From the NCBI GenBank assembly GCA_039714295.1, contig JBDLJP010000001.1:1-29826 (forward strand): DNA of 29,826 bases. The letters are read 5' to 3'. The DNA is from Candidatus Fermentibacterota bacterium. Lineage in GTDB: Bacteria; Fermentibacterota; Fermentibacteria; Fermentibacterales; JCC-6. Positions 9,446 through 19,148 of this stretch are shown here, piece by piece (the first letter of the stretch is position 1; each line of letters opens with the position of its first letter). The translations under genes and the position numbers were made by a program. The notes below the pieces were generated by a model, which worked only from the letters and a program-made list of their open reading frames with translations, was not told the origin of the DNA and made no database searches.

Positions 9446-10165
9446 TTGAATACAGCTCTCTCTCTTGCTGTTCTGTTCGCTGGAGCCTTCCTGCAGGGAC
9501 TTGCGGGATTTGGATACTCCCTGTTCTCCCTGCCCCTTCTGGCATTTCTGATGCCGGTCTCCTCCGCTGTGCCCCTGCTCTGCATTACCGGTATTTTTCT
9601 TAATTTGAGTGTATTCCTGCGGGCAAGGAAAAACCTGGACCTGAAAAGAATCCTTCCTCTGCTTCTTGCAGGAACAGCCGCGCTTCCAGCAGGGGTCTGG
9701 CTGCTTCGGATCGCAGATGAATCGACACTCAGGATCAGCGTCGGCATTGTAGTAATCCTTTCTTCACTCATATACCTTTCCGGGTTCAGAGTAACCGTAA
9801 GAAGAGAAAGGCTGGCAATGATACCTGTAGGTTTTATCAGCGGTCTGCTGAACGGCGCCACTACTTTCAGCGGACCTCCGGTAATTCTCTTTTTCACAAA
9901 TCAGAGGGTGGCTAAACATCAGTTCAGAGCTAGTCTGGCTGCCTATTTCCTGCTGCTTAACATCATCGCGGTACCTGCCTTTATCGCAGGCGGTCTTCTT
10001 ACGGGTGAAGCGGCTCTCGACACGTTCTACCTTTTCCCTGCAGTTCTGCTGGGCGTACTGTTCGGAATAAAGATGGCTGATGTAGTGAGTGAAGAGCGGT
10101 TCAGATTCGCGGCGCTGATACTTCTCGGGGTCCTTGGAGTATTTTCAGTAGTTTCGGGCCTCTGA
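9446..10165 (+). CDS. Sulfite exporter TauE/SafE family protein
   Basis: GAFLQGLAGFG-SL N-terminal motif, GFISGLLNG-TTFSGPPV repeat and about 8 TM segments; 239 aa. Confidence 0.88.
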   Translation: MNTALSLAVLFAGAFLQGLAGFGYSLFSLPLLAFLMPVSSAVPLLCITGIFLNLSVFLRARKNLDLKRILPLLLAGTAALPAGVWLLRIADESTLRISVGIVVILSSLIYLSGFRVTVRRERLAMIPVGFISGLLNGATTFSGPPVILFFTNQRVAKHQFRASLAAYFLLLNIIAVPAFIAGGLLTGEAALDTFYLFPAVLLGVLFGIKMADVVSEERFRFAALILLGVLGVFSVVSGL

Positions 10166-10174
10166 ACTTCAATC

Positions 10175-11155
10175 CTATCTCTTCCCTTTACATCCGAGCT
10201 GTATGGCTATGCCGCTGCGCAGGAACGAGAACTGTTGAATAAGCTGAGCATTTCGAGAAAAAATCATTCTTATCAGTACGCCTGCCAGTCTTAGAGACAG
10301 CAGACCCGCAAGAAGGAAACGGTGCAGGAACAGCGGCAGCAGACCAAAGTGCTTTAGCACGAACCTGTGTTTCCCCTTGTAGAATTCCAGTATGAGACCG
10401 CCGCCCCAGTACTTTATTGCCGACTGGCTTCCGAAATGCGTGATTTCCGCTGTGTGTACGAACCAGACTCCCCAGCCTGCCTTATCCATGCGATAGCACC
10501 AGTCGGTCTCTTCATGGAACATCGGAAACCCTTCATCTTTCAGACCTACCTCCTCGACGGTCTCTCTCCGAACCATGACACAAGCCCCGATTATCCAGTC
10601 GGACCTGATTGTTTCATCGTGATCCCAGTATTCAAGGACAGCCTTTTTTCTCCAGCTGTTGGGCAGTCTCCTCCAGGGAAGAATATGCCGAAGCAGAAGG
10701 TATCTGGACTTAAGGTAGTTCCGGCATGACGGCTGAAGGGAGCCGTCTCCGTTAAGAAGCCTCGGAGCAGCAAGACCCGCCTCTGGATTACCGTCCAGAT
10801 AACTCACCAGTTCATCTATCCCATTTTCGCGACATACCGTATCCGGGTTCAGGCATAGAAGGTATTCTCCACGGCTCGCCTCTATCGCCTGATTGATTCC
10901 TCCGGTGAACCAGTTGTTGAAATCGTTTTCAATGCACTGTACTTCAGGGTATTTTTCCCTGACAGCACTCATGGAGCCGTCCTGCGAATTGTTGTCAACT
11001 ACTATCACTTCAAAAGGTGCCGTTTCAACCGTAGCGGATATGGATTCCAGGCAGTCCAGGAGCATTTCCCCGCCGTTGTAATTGACTATGAGGATGGACA
11101 GCTTGAATTTACATGGACGATTAAGCGGTTCAAGGACTTTTTCGATGTATTTCAC
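10175..11155 (-). CDS. Glycosyltransferase family 2 (WbbL/rhamnosyltransferase-like)
   Basis: SILIVNYN, VVDNNSQDGS, LNPDT, WIIGACVMVRR and FHEETDWC. Start uncertain: GTG 11155 chosen to avoid overlap with the upstream methyltransferase. Confidence 0.88.
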   Translation of the reverse strand: MKYIEKVLEPLNRPCKFKLSILIVNYNGGEMLLDCLESISATVETAPFEVIVVDNNSQDGSMSAVREKYPEVQCIENDFNNWFTGGINQAIEASRGEYLLCLNPDTVCRENGIDELVSYLDGNPEAGLAAPRLLNGDGSLQPSCRNYLKSRYLLLRHILPWRRLPNSWRKKAVLEYWDHDETIRSDWIIGACVMVRRETVEEVGLKDEGFPMFHEETDWCYRMDKAGWGVWFVHTAEITHFGSQSAIKYWGGGLILEFYKGKHRFVLKHFGLLPLFLHRFLLAGLLSLRLAGVLIRMIFSRNAQLIQQFSFLRSGIAIQLGCKGKR

Positions 11156-11183
11156 CTGATACTTCTTCCGGACACTGTCATTA

Positions 11184-11747
11184 TTACCCGGAAATTTTCT
11201 GGAATAAAGCCCGGTGCCGCCTGCGTGTTCCCGAGTTTTCAAGAATGGTGAAACCGCACTTAACTGCGGTATCAACAGTTGCTCTGAAATCCTGTTCTGA
11301 AACATGACCACCCGGTTCTATGACCAGCAGCTTCCCGTCTTCTTTAAGAACCCCGTAAAGTTCGGTCAGCAAAGAAGCACCATCGGGCACTTCATGAATG
11401 ACAGATGCAGCAAGGATAAAATCCGCCGCATTGGAAAGATCATCAACATTGAGAGTATCCCGCTTGCAGACCCTCGCCTCAATACTGTCCTGGAGGTTTT
11501 TCTTCTTTGCTTTTCTGTAAAGCTTCTGTACCATCTTTTCCTGTAGATCAATGCATATAACCCTGCCGTCGGGACCGACCATTTCCGCCATGGGGATACT
11601 GAAAAAACCCATAGCGCAGCCTACATCCATGACTGTCATTCCTTCTTTGATGTAAGGCGACAGATTGGTTACAGGGTTATCAAGTAATTTGCGCAGCGGA
11701 TTTGCAAGAAGATATCCAACCCATACGGGACACAAATGCTCGGCCAA
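11184..11747 (-). CDS. Class I SAM-dependent methyltransferase
   Basis: Motif I MDVGCAMGFF, post-I IDLQ, VIHEVPD and GKLLVIEP. N-terminal HLCP. Confidence 0.9.
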   Translation of the reverse strand: MAEHLCPVWVGYLLANPLRKLLDNPVTNLSPYIKEGMTVMDVGCAMGFFSIPMAEMVGPDGRVICIDLQEKMVQKLYRKAKKKNLQDSIEARVCKRDTLNVDDLSNAADFILAASVIHEVPDGASLLTELYGVLKEDGKLLVIEPGGHVSEQDFRATVDTAVKCGFTILENSGTRRRHRALFQKISG

Positions 11748-11777
11748 AATACGCCTTTCTGTGAATTCAGGAAAATC

Positions 11778-12233
11778 TCAGAGGATCATCAGATCGCTTG
11801 GGTCATCCGGATTGATTTTTACTGTTATTGTCTTTCCCACCTGCAATTGAGCGAGAGCTGTAAGGGGAATGACCTGCTTATGAACAACTTCACCGGGCGG
11901 GTGAACCGGAGAATTCACATGAAATCTGAAACGCAGTTTGGGCTGATTATTTATATATGTTCCTGTCTCGCTTATCTCCAGAATTTCAGCCTGTGCATCC
12001 ATCCAGGTTGCATCAATGCGATCCCGTCTTCTGTTCGACATCTGCACCCAGATAAGTACTGCAAGATTGGTCAACAGGAACATTCCCGCCATTAACCAGA
12101 AAAAAATGTTCAGCGGATGACCATCGTCCGTTTCGGCTGTCGGAGACACCAGAAAGCCGGCTACGATGAAGCCGACTATTATTACGGCAAATATGCCGAA
12201 TACATTCCAGTTGATTCCTCTTCTCATTCCCAT
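11778..12233 (-). CDS. Two-TM membrane protein with C-terminal OB-like domain (DUF3592-like)
   Basis: Two hydrophobic helices, then AEILEISETGTYINNQP...VGKTITVKINPDDP. Start uncertain (12233-12275). Confidence 0.7.
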   Translation of the reverse strand: MGMRRGINWNVFGIFAVIIVGFIVAGFLVSPTAETDDGHPLNIFFWLMAGMFLLTNLAVLIWVQMSNRRRDRIDATWMDAQAEILEISETGTYINNQPKLRFRFHVNSPVHPPGEVVHKQVIPLTALAQLQVGKTITVKINPDDPSDLMIL

Positions 12234-12479
12234 GAAAGAATTATATCTCTGTCTCATCGTTCGGGCAAGAAACATTTAAACAGGTCTATTTTCGAATTGC
12301 AGAAAATGATGCGTATGCTTGAATCCACTCCTCTGACTGCGGGATACCCTCAGCGAGACAGCTTTCAAAGGTTTGCAACGCTTCTGGATAGTAGTATTGT
12401 TATGGTGTCCTTAGTATGGATTTCAGCATTTCATTCAATATCGGAATTTTCATCTCTATATTCAAAGGGATTGTGAAAC

Positions 12480-13481
12480 ATGAAAAAGGCTCTCATAACC
12501 GGCATCACTGGCCAGGATGGTTCATATCTTGCCGAACTTCTTCTTGGCAAGGGGTATGAAGTTCATGGTATCGTCAGACGTTCAAGCAGCTTCAATCGAG
12601 AAAGGATAGAGCATCTTATCCAGGACCCGGATATCTACCGTACATCTCTTTTCCTGCATTACGGAGACATGACCGACTCAAGCGCTATCAACAGAATCCT
12701 TGAAAGGGTGGGACCGGAGGAGATCTACAATCTCGCGGCCCAGAGTCATGTAAGGATATCTTTTGATCTTCCCGAGTATACCGCCGATGTTGACGGTCTT
12801 GGTGTTGCACGGCTGCTGGACGCCATAAGGGAAGTTGGACTTGTGGGGGAATGTAAATTCTACCAGGCTTCCACAAGCGAGATGTTCGGTTCTTCCGCCC
12901 CTCCGCAGAGCGAGGAAACCCCCTTTCATCCCAGAAGCCCCTACGCCGCCGCAAAACTCTATTCACACTGGATGGTGGTAAACTACAGACAGGGATACGG
13001 ACTTCATGCCTCAAGCGGAATTCTATTCAATCATGAATCCCCGAGGCGAGGCAGGAATTTCGTGACCAGAAAGATTGCTCTGGCTGCGGCAAGGATAAAG
13101 ATGGGGCTTCAGGACACCCTTGCTCTTGGAAATCTTGATGCAAAGCGCGACTGGGGCCATGCGAAGGATTTCGTCAGAGCGATGTATCTCATGCTGCAGC
13201 AGAAGCAGGGGGATGATTTCGTTATTGCTACGGGGGAAACCCACTCTATAAGGGATCTTCTTGACGAAGCCTTCGGCAGACTGGAACTGAACTGGAAAGA
13301 ATATGTTACCGTTGACGAGCGATACTTCAGACCCACTGAAGTAGACGTGCTTCTGGGAGATCCGTCAAAGGCGAAAAAGCTCCTGGGATGGAAACCTGAG
13401 ATCTCCTTCGGGGAAATGGTTGACGAAATGGTTAATTACGAGATGGCTCAACTCAAATCACAGCTTTCTGAAAGGAAGTGA
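12480..13481 (+). CDS. gmd: GDP-mannose 4,6-dehydratase
   Basis: [55 protein letters not shown] and RPTEVD. Confidence 0.98.
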   Translation: MKKALITGITGQDGSYLAELLLGKGYEVHGIVRRSSSFNRERIEHLIQDPDIYRTSLFLHYGDMTDSSAINRILERVGPEEIYNLAAQSHVRISFDLPEYTADVDGLGVARLLDAIREVGLVGECKFYQASTSEMFGSSAPPQSEETPFHPRSPYAAAKLYSHWMVVNYRQGYGLHASSGILFNHESPRRGRNFVTRKIALAAARIKMGLQDTLALGNLDAKRDWGHAKDFVRAMYLMLQQKQGDDFVIATGETHSIRDLLDEAFGRLELNWKEYVTVDERYFRPTEVDVLLGDPSKAKKLLGWKPEISFGEMVDEMVNYEMAQLKSQLSERK

Positions 13482-13482
13482 T

Positions 13483-15528
13483 ATGCTTAAACTAGGAATA
13501 TTCGTGCTTCTTGCCGCAGTGTCTATTTCACACAGCGAGAATATCGTCTTTGAATTCTCTCTGGATACCAATGAGATTCAGCTTTCACAGTGGATGAACG
13601 AAGATGTTGTCTCTATCCCTGGAGGAGTTGTTCCCTTCGAAGATGGAGATCCTTCTCTTCAGGGCATTTCCTACACTTATCTTCTTCCGCAGGGAACTAC
13701 CATAACAGATGTCGCAGTCGATGTTCACGATGAGGTAATATTTGATGGAAAATTCGATATTACACCTGTCAATTACCTCATACTCAGTGAGCCTTTCGTT
13801 TCTGCCGACAGGTCTTCCGCGTATTTTAGCGAAACACCGTTCCCCTCTTCTCCAGTCGAACAGATTGCCTGCGGTAACAGAACCGGTTTCCGCCTGGGAA
13901 GCTTTACCCTTGTTCCCTTCAGCTACAACCCGCTCTCCGGTGAGCTTTCGGTAATAACTTCGGCTACAGTCACGGTTGAATGCTCTCCGGATCCGGAAGC
14001 GCTGGATATTTCTCTGACTTCAAGGCAGATCAATACTGCCGCTGCCGGACTCCAGGGAATAGTCAACAACCCCTCAAGGATAGCGGATTATGCCCCTGCC
14101 GTCCGCGAAGCAACTGACGGCGATCCTGTCTGGGTTGCTATCGGAACAGGCACTTTCGAAACAATTCTGCAGCCGCTTGTAGATCACAGAAATCAGTACA
14201 CCGGGGAATCTGAATACGTTACTGTAGAGTGGATCGAGGCAAACTATTCGGGGTGGGATACCCAGGAGAAGATCAGAAACTACCTGAAGGACCAGTTCTA
14301 CAACCACTCCCTTGTCTACGCCCTGATGGTTGGTGATTACGGTCCGACTACAAGGATATCCTCACTGTACTATCCTGCTGCTAATGAATATCTTGATGAT
14401 GTTACCGATCATTACTACATGGATCTCGATGGAACATGGGATTACGACGGTGATCATCTGTACGGTGAAGCAAACGATGGCCTGAACTACTACTCCGACC
14501 TGTACGTCGGCAGATTCAGTACCAACAGCACAAATCTTATGCAGAACATGGTTGATAAAACCCTGTACTATGCGACAACTCCTCCTGCAGGATCCTGGCA
14601 GAAAACCGCGGTACTTATCGGCGCAGGGCTGTGGCCACCGAATTACTGGGGCAGTTTTGTATGCGAGGATATCGACGACTTCATTCCTGCTGACTGGACT
14701 GTCGAGAAACTTTACGAAACTTCCGGCGGTCACCCGAACAACCAGATCGATGTAATAAATGCCGGCTGTTCGTTCGTTGCCCCCCAGGGTCACGGATATG
14801 CGTATGGCATATTCTGGTACTATGAGCCTTATACACATATTATCTCTACCAGCAACTACACTCAGCTTACCAATATCGATCGGCTCGCAGTTTTTCACTC
14901 CATGTCCTGTACAACCGGCAAGCTTACCGCAACCAGCATCGCAGAGCGGTTGATGTTCTCTGACCTTGGCGGCGCTGTTGCTGTCATGTTCAATTCGAGC
15001 TACGGCTGGGGAACTCCCCCGGCAATGGGACCGTCCGAGTGGCTGGAAGTGCATTTCGCGGAACAGCTTTTCACGAATCAGATTTACGAGATAGGTGTAG
15101 CACAGGCGTTTGCAAAAGATGCACTGCAGGCTATGACGGGTGTACCGCTCACCGGGTGGGTAATTCAGGAGAACAATCTCCTCGGAGATCCGGCTCTTGT
15201 CTTCGTTTCCGGCCAGACCGGAATCGAGGGCGGTCAGGCAGATAACGCGCCGCAGCCTGCTCTCGGCACGCCTTTCCCTAATCCACTTTCGGGAAACTGC
15301 TCGATTTCCTACGACATGCCTGTTTCAGGTACATCTTCGATCACTGTATATGATCTTACAGGAAGAGCTGTCAGAAGTATTTATTCAGGCTCATTACCTG
15401 TTGGAACCGGTAATGTTACCTTCGACGGAAACGACGCCAGCGGCAACCCTCTGCCTCCCGGATGTTACGCTGTTGTCTTGAACAGTCCTGCTGGAACTGC
15501 TTCTACAATGATGCTGGTTGCCCGCTAA
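13483..15528 (+). CDS. C25 family (gingipain-like) cysteine peptidase with propeptide and FlgD/T9SS-like C-terminal domain
   Basis: Signal peptide and propeptide (YTYLLPQG). Then EKIRNYLK, TDHYYMDLDG, DLYVGRF, catalytic-like QGHG and SMSC, and NLLGDPAL. C-terminal PFPNPL...YDLTGRAVR...GCY. ATG lies 1 nt after the gmd stop. Confidence 0.92.
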   Translation: MLKLGIFVLLAAVSISHSENIVFEFSLDTNEIQLSQWMNEDVVSIPGGVVPFEDGDPSLQGISYTYLLPQGTTITDVAVDVHDEVIFDGKFDITPVNYLILSEPFVSADRSSAYFSETPFPSSPVEQIACGNRTGFRLGSFTLVPFSYNPLSGELSVITSATVTVECSPDPEALDISLTSRQINTAAAGLQGIVNNPSRIADYAPAVREATDGDPVWVAIGTGTFETILQPLVDHRNQYTGESEYVTVEWIEANYSGWDTQEKIRNYLKDQFYNHSLVYALMVGDYGPTTRISSLYYPAANEYLDDVTDHYYMDLDGTWDYDGDHLYGEANDGLNYYSDLYVGRFSTNSTNLMQNMVDKTLYYATTPPAGSWQKTAVLIGAGLWPPNYWGSFVCEDIDDFIPADWTVEKLYETSGGHPNNQIDVINAGCSFVAPQGHGYAYGIFWYYEPYTHIISTSNYTQLTNIDRLAVFHSMSCTTGKLTATSIAERLMFSDLGGAVAVMFNSSYGWGTPPAMGPSEWLEVHFAEQLFTNQIYEIGVAQAFAKDALQAMTGVPLTGWVIQENNLLGDPALVFVSGQTGIEGGQADNAPQPALGTPFPNPLSGNCSISYDMPVSGTSSITVYDLTGRAVRSIYSGSLPVGTGNVTFDGNDASGNPLPPGCYAVVLNSPAGTASTMMLVAR

Positions 15529-15556
15529 ACCAGCCTGATGTGCCCGGCTTGATGGT

Positions 15557-16390
15557 TTAATCCAACTCGATTACTTCAATGCCGGGCATTTCCGCTGCAT
15601 CGTACCGGACTTCAGCGTGATTCTTCATCAGAAGCTCCTCAGCTGTAACTTCTGAAGTTACCGGATCGGTTTTAATCTGCCAGAGTTCATTCTCCCTGTA
15701 AACAGTTCCGTCTATGCGGACAAATCGATGATTTCTCTCTTCCACGGAAAACCTGAAGGGAAGTGTTCTATCACACCTTATTTCCCCATGCAGGTTGTGC
15801 TCATCCACCCATGTTCTTATCTGGAAACACCATTGAGTGTTGTTTTTGAACATGAAATCCAGGTAGTTGTAGAAGACAGTGGCTCCGGTACCGAACGGGA
15901 CTGTTCTCCTGTAATCCGGAAATGGATCGAAGGAATGTCTGTGACGTTCCGTAACCGTCAGCGGAGTCTGCAGAACCATCCAGTGCAGAAGGTTCGAGAA
16001 CTGGCAGAGACCTCCGCCCACCATTGAGACAAGCTCACCGAAGGAGAGCTGCAGTCCGGGGAGGAACCCTCTTCTGAGAAGCGGTTTACCGATCAGCCTC
16101 CAGAAGGAGAATATCTCACCGGGACCGATAACCACTCCATCAACAAGAGAAGCAGCAATTTTAAGGCTTACTGCTTTGTTCCTTTGAAGAGTCGCGTCAG
16201 TTCCAGCAAGCTTTCTCATCAGAATTGATCTGTGTGCAACCACTGTTTCCGGCAGAGTATCGTCAGTTTTCTGTGTTGCAAACTTCTCCAGACCCAGATA
16301 CCATCTGAGTCTTCGAATCCCCCGGCGCAGGAATACCGACATCCGGTACATCACCGGACTGATCGACGAGAGTGGCTTTCTGCTGCTCAT
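15557..16390 (-). CDS. VanW family protein (short form)
   Basis: NLxxA-like NKAVSLKIAA, IGPGEIFSF, GGGLCQFSNLL, VTERHRHS and YLDFMFKN. Confidence 0.9.
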   Translation of the reverse strand: MSSRKPLSSISPVMYRMSVFLRRGIRRLRWYLGLEKFATQKTDDTLPETVVAHRSILMRKLAGTDATLQRNKAVSLKIAASLVDGVVIGPGEIFSFWRLIGKPLLRRGFLPGLQLSFGELVSMVGGGLCQFSNLLHWMVLQTPLTVTERHRHSFDPFPDYRRTVPFGTGATVFYNYLDFMFKNNTQWCFQIRTWVDEHNLHGEIRCDRTLPFRFSVEERNHRFVRIDGTVYRENELWQIKTDPVTSEVTAEELLMKNHAEVRYDAAEMPGIEVIELD

Positions 16391-16412
16391 AGCGCTATCC
16401 GTATCCGACTCT

Positions 16413-18089
16413 CTAGAAAAGACCCGTCACATTATCTTCATCATCAACATCCATCTTTACTGCCGCGGGAACCTTCGGCAGTCCGGGCATCCTCATGATT
16501 GATCCTGTGATGGGTACGAGGTATCCCGCTCCGGCGGATACTTCTATTTCTCTAACTGTAACAACGAAGTCCTTCGGTCTTCCAAGAAGCCTCGGATTAT
16601 CCGACAGGGATTTCTGCGTTTTCGCAATGCAGACAGGGAGTTTTTCGTAGCCGAGTCTCTTTATCATCCGCAGATCTTTTTTCGCCAGGGAAGTGTAATC
16701 GATGTGTTGGGCTCCATAAATCTCTCTGGCGACTGTTTCGATTTTCTCTTTCATACTCAGGTTCCAGTCGTAAAGAGGCTTGAAAGTGCCGATACAATCT
16801 TTTGCGTTCTCAACTACCAGGGAAGCCAGCTCTTCCATGCCGCTTCCCCCGTTTACAAATCCGTCTCCGACTGCAACTGGAACTCCCAGCTCGCAGCAGC
16901 GCTGAACCACAATATCAAGTTCAGCATCTGTATCGCTCATGAACCTGTTAACACAGATAACCGCCGGAAGGCCGAACTTGCCGATATTTTCTATATGCTT
17001 TTCCATATTGGGCAGACCTGCCGCTACAGCATCTTCATTCGGGGTTTGAAGGTCGCCTTTTGAAACACCGCCATGCATCTTAAGGGCTCTGCAGGTTACA
17101 ACAAGAACAACGAGACTTGGGCACAGTTTCCCGACCTGACACTTAATGTCGAAGAACTTCTCGGCTCCCAGATCAAAACCGAAACCAGCTTCGGTTATAG
17201 CCCAGTCGGAAAACGCTATCGCCATTTTTGTTGCAAGAAGAGAGTTGCAGCCATGTGCAATATTCGCGAAAGGCCCGCAATGAACAAACGCGGGATTCCC
17301 CTCAAGGGTCTGAACCAGATTGGGCTTGATCGCGTCCTTAAGGAGCATGGCCATGGCTCCGGTAACTCCCATTTCCTTGGCGGTCACCGCTTCCCGGTCG
17401 AATGTCAGCCCTATGAATATGCGGTCAATCCTCTTTTTAAGATCTACCATATCTGTAGCCAGGGAGAGTATAGCCATGATTTCGCTTGCTGCTGTTATAT
17501 CGAATCCGGATTCGCGCGGCACTCCCTGGGTTCTACCCCCAAGGCCAATAATTATGTCTCTTAAAGATCTGTCGTTCATATCCACTACGCGCTTGAAACT
17601 GACTGTCCTTGCATCCAGACGGGAGGGGTTTCCCCAGTGAAGGTGGTTGTCCAGCGCAGCGGCAAGAAGATTGTTTGCCGCCGTGATTGCATGCATATCC
17701 CCTGTGAAATGCAGGTTAATATCTTCCATGGGAATCACCTGTGAATAACCGCCGCCGGCAGCTCCGCCTTTCATGCCGAATATAGGGCCGAGAGATGGCT
17801 CCCTTACGGCACAGCTTACGGATTTTCCAAGCCTTGCCAGTCCCTGCGTAAGCCCTATTGTGGTTGTGGTCTTGCCGGCTCCAGCCGGTGTGGGTGTGAT
17901 AGCTGAGACAAGCACAAGTTTCCCGGCACCTCTTCTCTTCTTCACAAGGGTATCGAGATGTACTTTCGCTTTGTCATCACCGTACAGGTCGATATCCTCA
18001 GCGGAAAGACCAAGCTTCTGCGCGATCTCGATTATCGGGCGGGGAACAGCCTTGCTGGCTATTTCAATATCCGTCGGAAAAGTACTCAC
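16413..18089 (-). CDS. fhs: Formate--tetrahydrofolate ligase
   Basis: REPSLGP, KGGAAGGGYSQV, NLHFTGD, GPFANIAHG, TEAGFG-DLGAEKF and MRMPGLPK; 558 aa. Confidence 0.98.
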   Translation of the reverse strand: MSTFPTDIEIASKAVPRPIIEIAQKLGLSAEDIDLYGDDKAKVHLDTLVKKRRGAGKLVLVSAITPTPAGAGKTTTTIGLTQGLARLGKSVSCAVREPSLGPIFGMKGGAAGGGYSQVIPMEDINLHFTGDMHAITAANNLLAAALDNHLHWGNPSRLDARTVSFKRVVDMNDRSLRDIIIGLGGRTQGVPRESGFDITAASEIMAILSLATDMVDLKKRIDRIFIGLTFDREAVTAKEMGVTGAMAMLLKDAIKPNLVQTLEGNPAFVHCGPFANIAHGCNSLLATKMAIAFSDWAITEAGFGFDLGAEKFFDIKCQVGKLCPSLVVLVVTCRALKMHGGVSKGDLQTPNEDAVAAGLPNMEKHIENIGKFGLPAVICVNRFMSDTDAELDIVVQRCCELGVPVAVGDGFVNGGSGMEELASLVVENAKDCIGTFKPLYDWNLSMKEKIETVAREIYGAQHIDYTSLAKKDLRMIKRLGYEKLPVCIAKTQKSLSDNPRLLGRPKDFVVTVREIEVSAGAGYLVPITGSIMRMPGLPKVPAAVKMDVDDEDNVTGLF

Positions 18090-18104
18090 GATTATCCTCC
18101 ATCG

Positions 18105-18335
18105 TCAGAATCCGTTTGAACTGATTTTTTCCGGGGGTTCCGGTTTTTCTCTTTCCATTTCGGGTGTTATTACTTCTTCCAGCGTACCGCCCGGAGGAAG
18201 ACCGAAGCCTTTCAGTGAGTAGGTTCTGTATACCTTCTGATTGTTTTTCATACCGGAGACAATGCAGATGGATTCTCCATGAAGTTCAGCTTTTTCGGAC
18301 GCTTCCTTCAGGGCTGAGTTCAGATCAGTATGCAT
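18105..18335 (-). CDS. Small hypothetical protein upstream of fhs
   Basis: 76 aa on the same strand, 15 nt before the fhs start, with protein-like composition. No family recognised. Confidence 0.6.
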   Translation of the reverse strand: MHTDLNSALKEASEKAELHGESICIVSGMKNNQKVYRTYSLKGFGLPPGGTLEEVITPEMEREKPEPPEKISSNGF

Positions 18336-18479
18336 GATGTGTTATCCATCCTTCCGTAAGACGCAGTATTACCAGAAGAGTGCATTTTTGCAAGTCGCAG
18401 AATAAATAGGGACGGAGGCTTTTTATTTGATTTGCGCGGATAATCGGACATGTTGCTGTATTTGAACATACAACCGGAA

Positions 18480-18508
18480 GGGGGAAGGCGTTTGCAGTAC
18501 CTTCCCCC
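18480..18508 (-). terminator. Terminator-like hairpin downstream of the Spy/CpxP-like gene
   Basis: 9-bp stem GGGGGAAGG/CCTTCCCCC with an 11-nt loop, about 57 nt past the stop at 18565. Weak U-tract. Confidence 0.5.
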
Positions 18509-18564
18509 GACCTCGTTGGGACGTATGATGGTATCTATTGAGCTACAGATAACTGAGGAGGCAG

Positions 18565-19131
18565 TTATCTCATCGGATGTCCCATTCCCGAACCGTGATC
18601 CATTCCCGTGCCATGTCCCATTCCTTCGGCATGCTCATGTGCTATTTCGCTAAGCTCATCAAGCTGCTCAAGAGTTAGAACATCATGAATATCAACGATG
18701 GCTTCGAAGATAACAGCCTGCATCTCATCCCTGACCTCATTCATCCGACCCACAGCGTTTTCCAGGTCGCTGACGGTAAGGGTGGGGGAGGTGAAAATAT
18801 CCATGAAGGATGGATGGTCCTCCGGTCTTCCCGCTTCTTGCATGATCTCCATGCTCTCTGCCCTGGCGGTTTCTGTGATCGATCTGATCTCTTCAATCTG
18901 CTCGTCTGACAGGTCGATGTGCCTGAACATCTCTCTGAACCTCGCAAGGTTTTCTATTCCGAATCCGCCCTGCTGTCCGGGTCCTCCCGCTCCGGGACCC
19001 ATCTCATGTATCCTGCCGCCAGGACCGTCTGCATGAGGACTCCATCCTCCCGGACCCTGGGCTATAGCGGTACCTGCAAGCACCAGCAGTGCTAAAATTG
19101 TTATTCCTATGGTTTTCATTTTTACTGACAT
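18565..19131 (-). CDS. Spy/CpxP/ZraP-like periplasmic protein (LTxxQ) with His/Met-rich tail
   Basis: Signal peptide ending AIA, Gly/Pro-rich linker, LSDEQ and LTLEQ motifs. Tail HEHAEGMGHGTGMDHGSGMGHPMR. Confidence 0.85.
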   Translation of the reverse strand: MSVKMKTIGITILALLVLAGTAIAQGPGGWSPHADGPGGRIHEMGPGAGGPGQQGGFGIENLARFREMFRHIDLSDEQIEEIRSITETARAESMEIMQEAGRPEDHPSFMDIFTSPTLTVSDLENAVGRMNEVRDEMQAVIFEAIVDIHDVLTLEQLDELSEIAHEHAEGMGHGTGMDHGSGMGHPMR

Positions 19132-19148
19132 TTCTTCTTTCCTTTCAA

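Noticed and set aside
14362-15054. 230-aa minus-strand ORF
   Set aside because: Shadow of the C25 peptidase.
13483-15528. PorU sortase assignment
   Set aside because: About 680 aa with a propeptide-catalytic-CTD layout fits a gingipain-like cargo rather than the much longer PorU.
15526-15559. Imperfect inverted repeat between the C25 and VanW genes
   Set aside because: Stem is too interrupted to call a terminator with confidence.
15557-16390. Vancomycin-resistance locus
   Set aside because: VanW alone, with no ligase, dehydrogenase, dipeptidase or VanRS.
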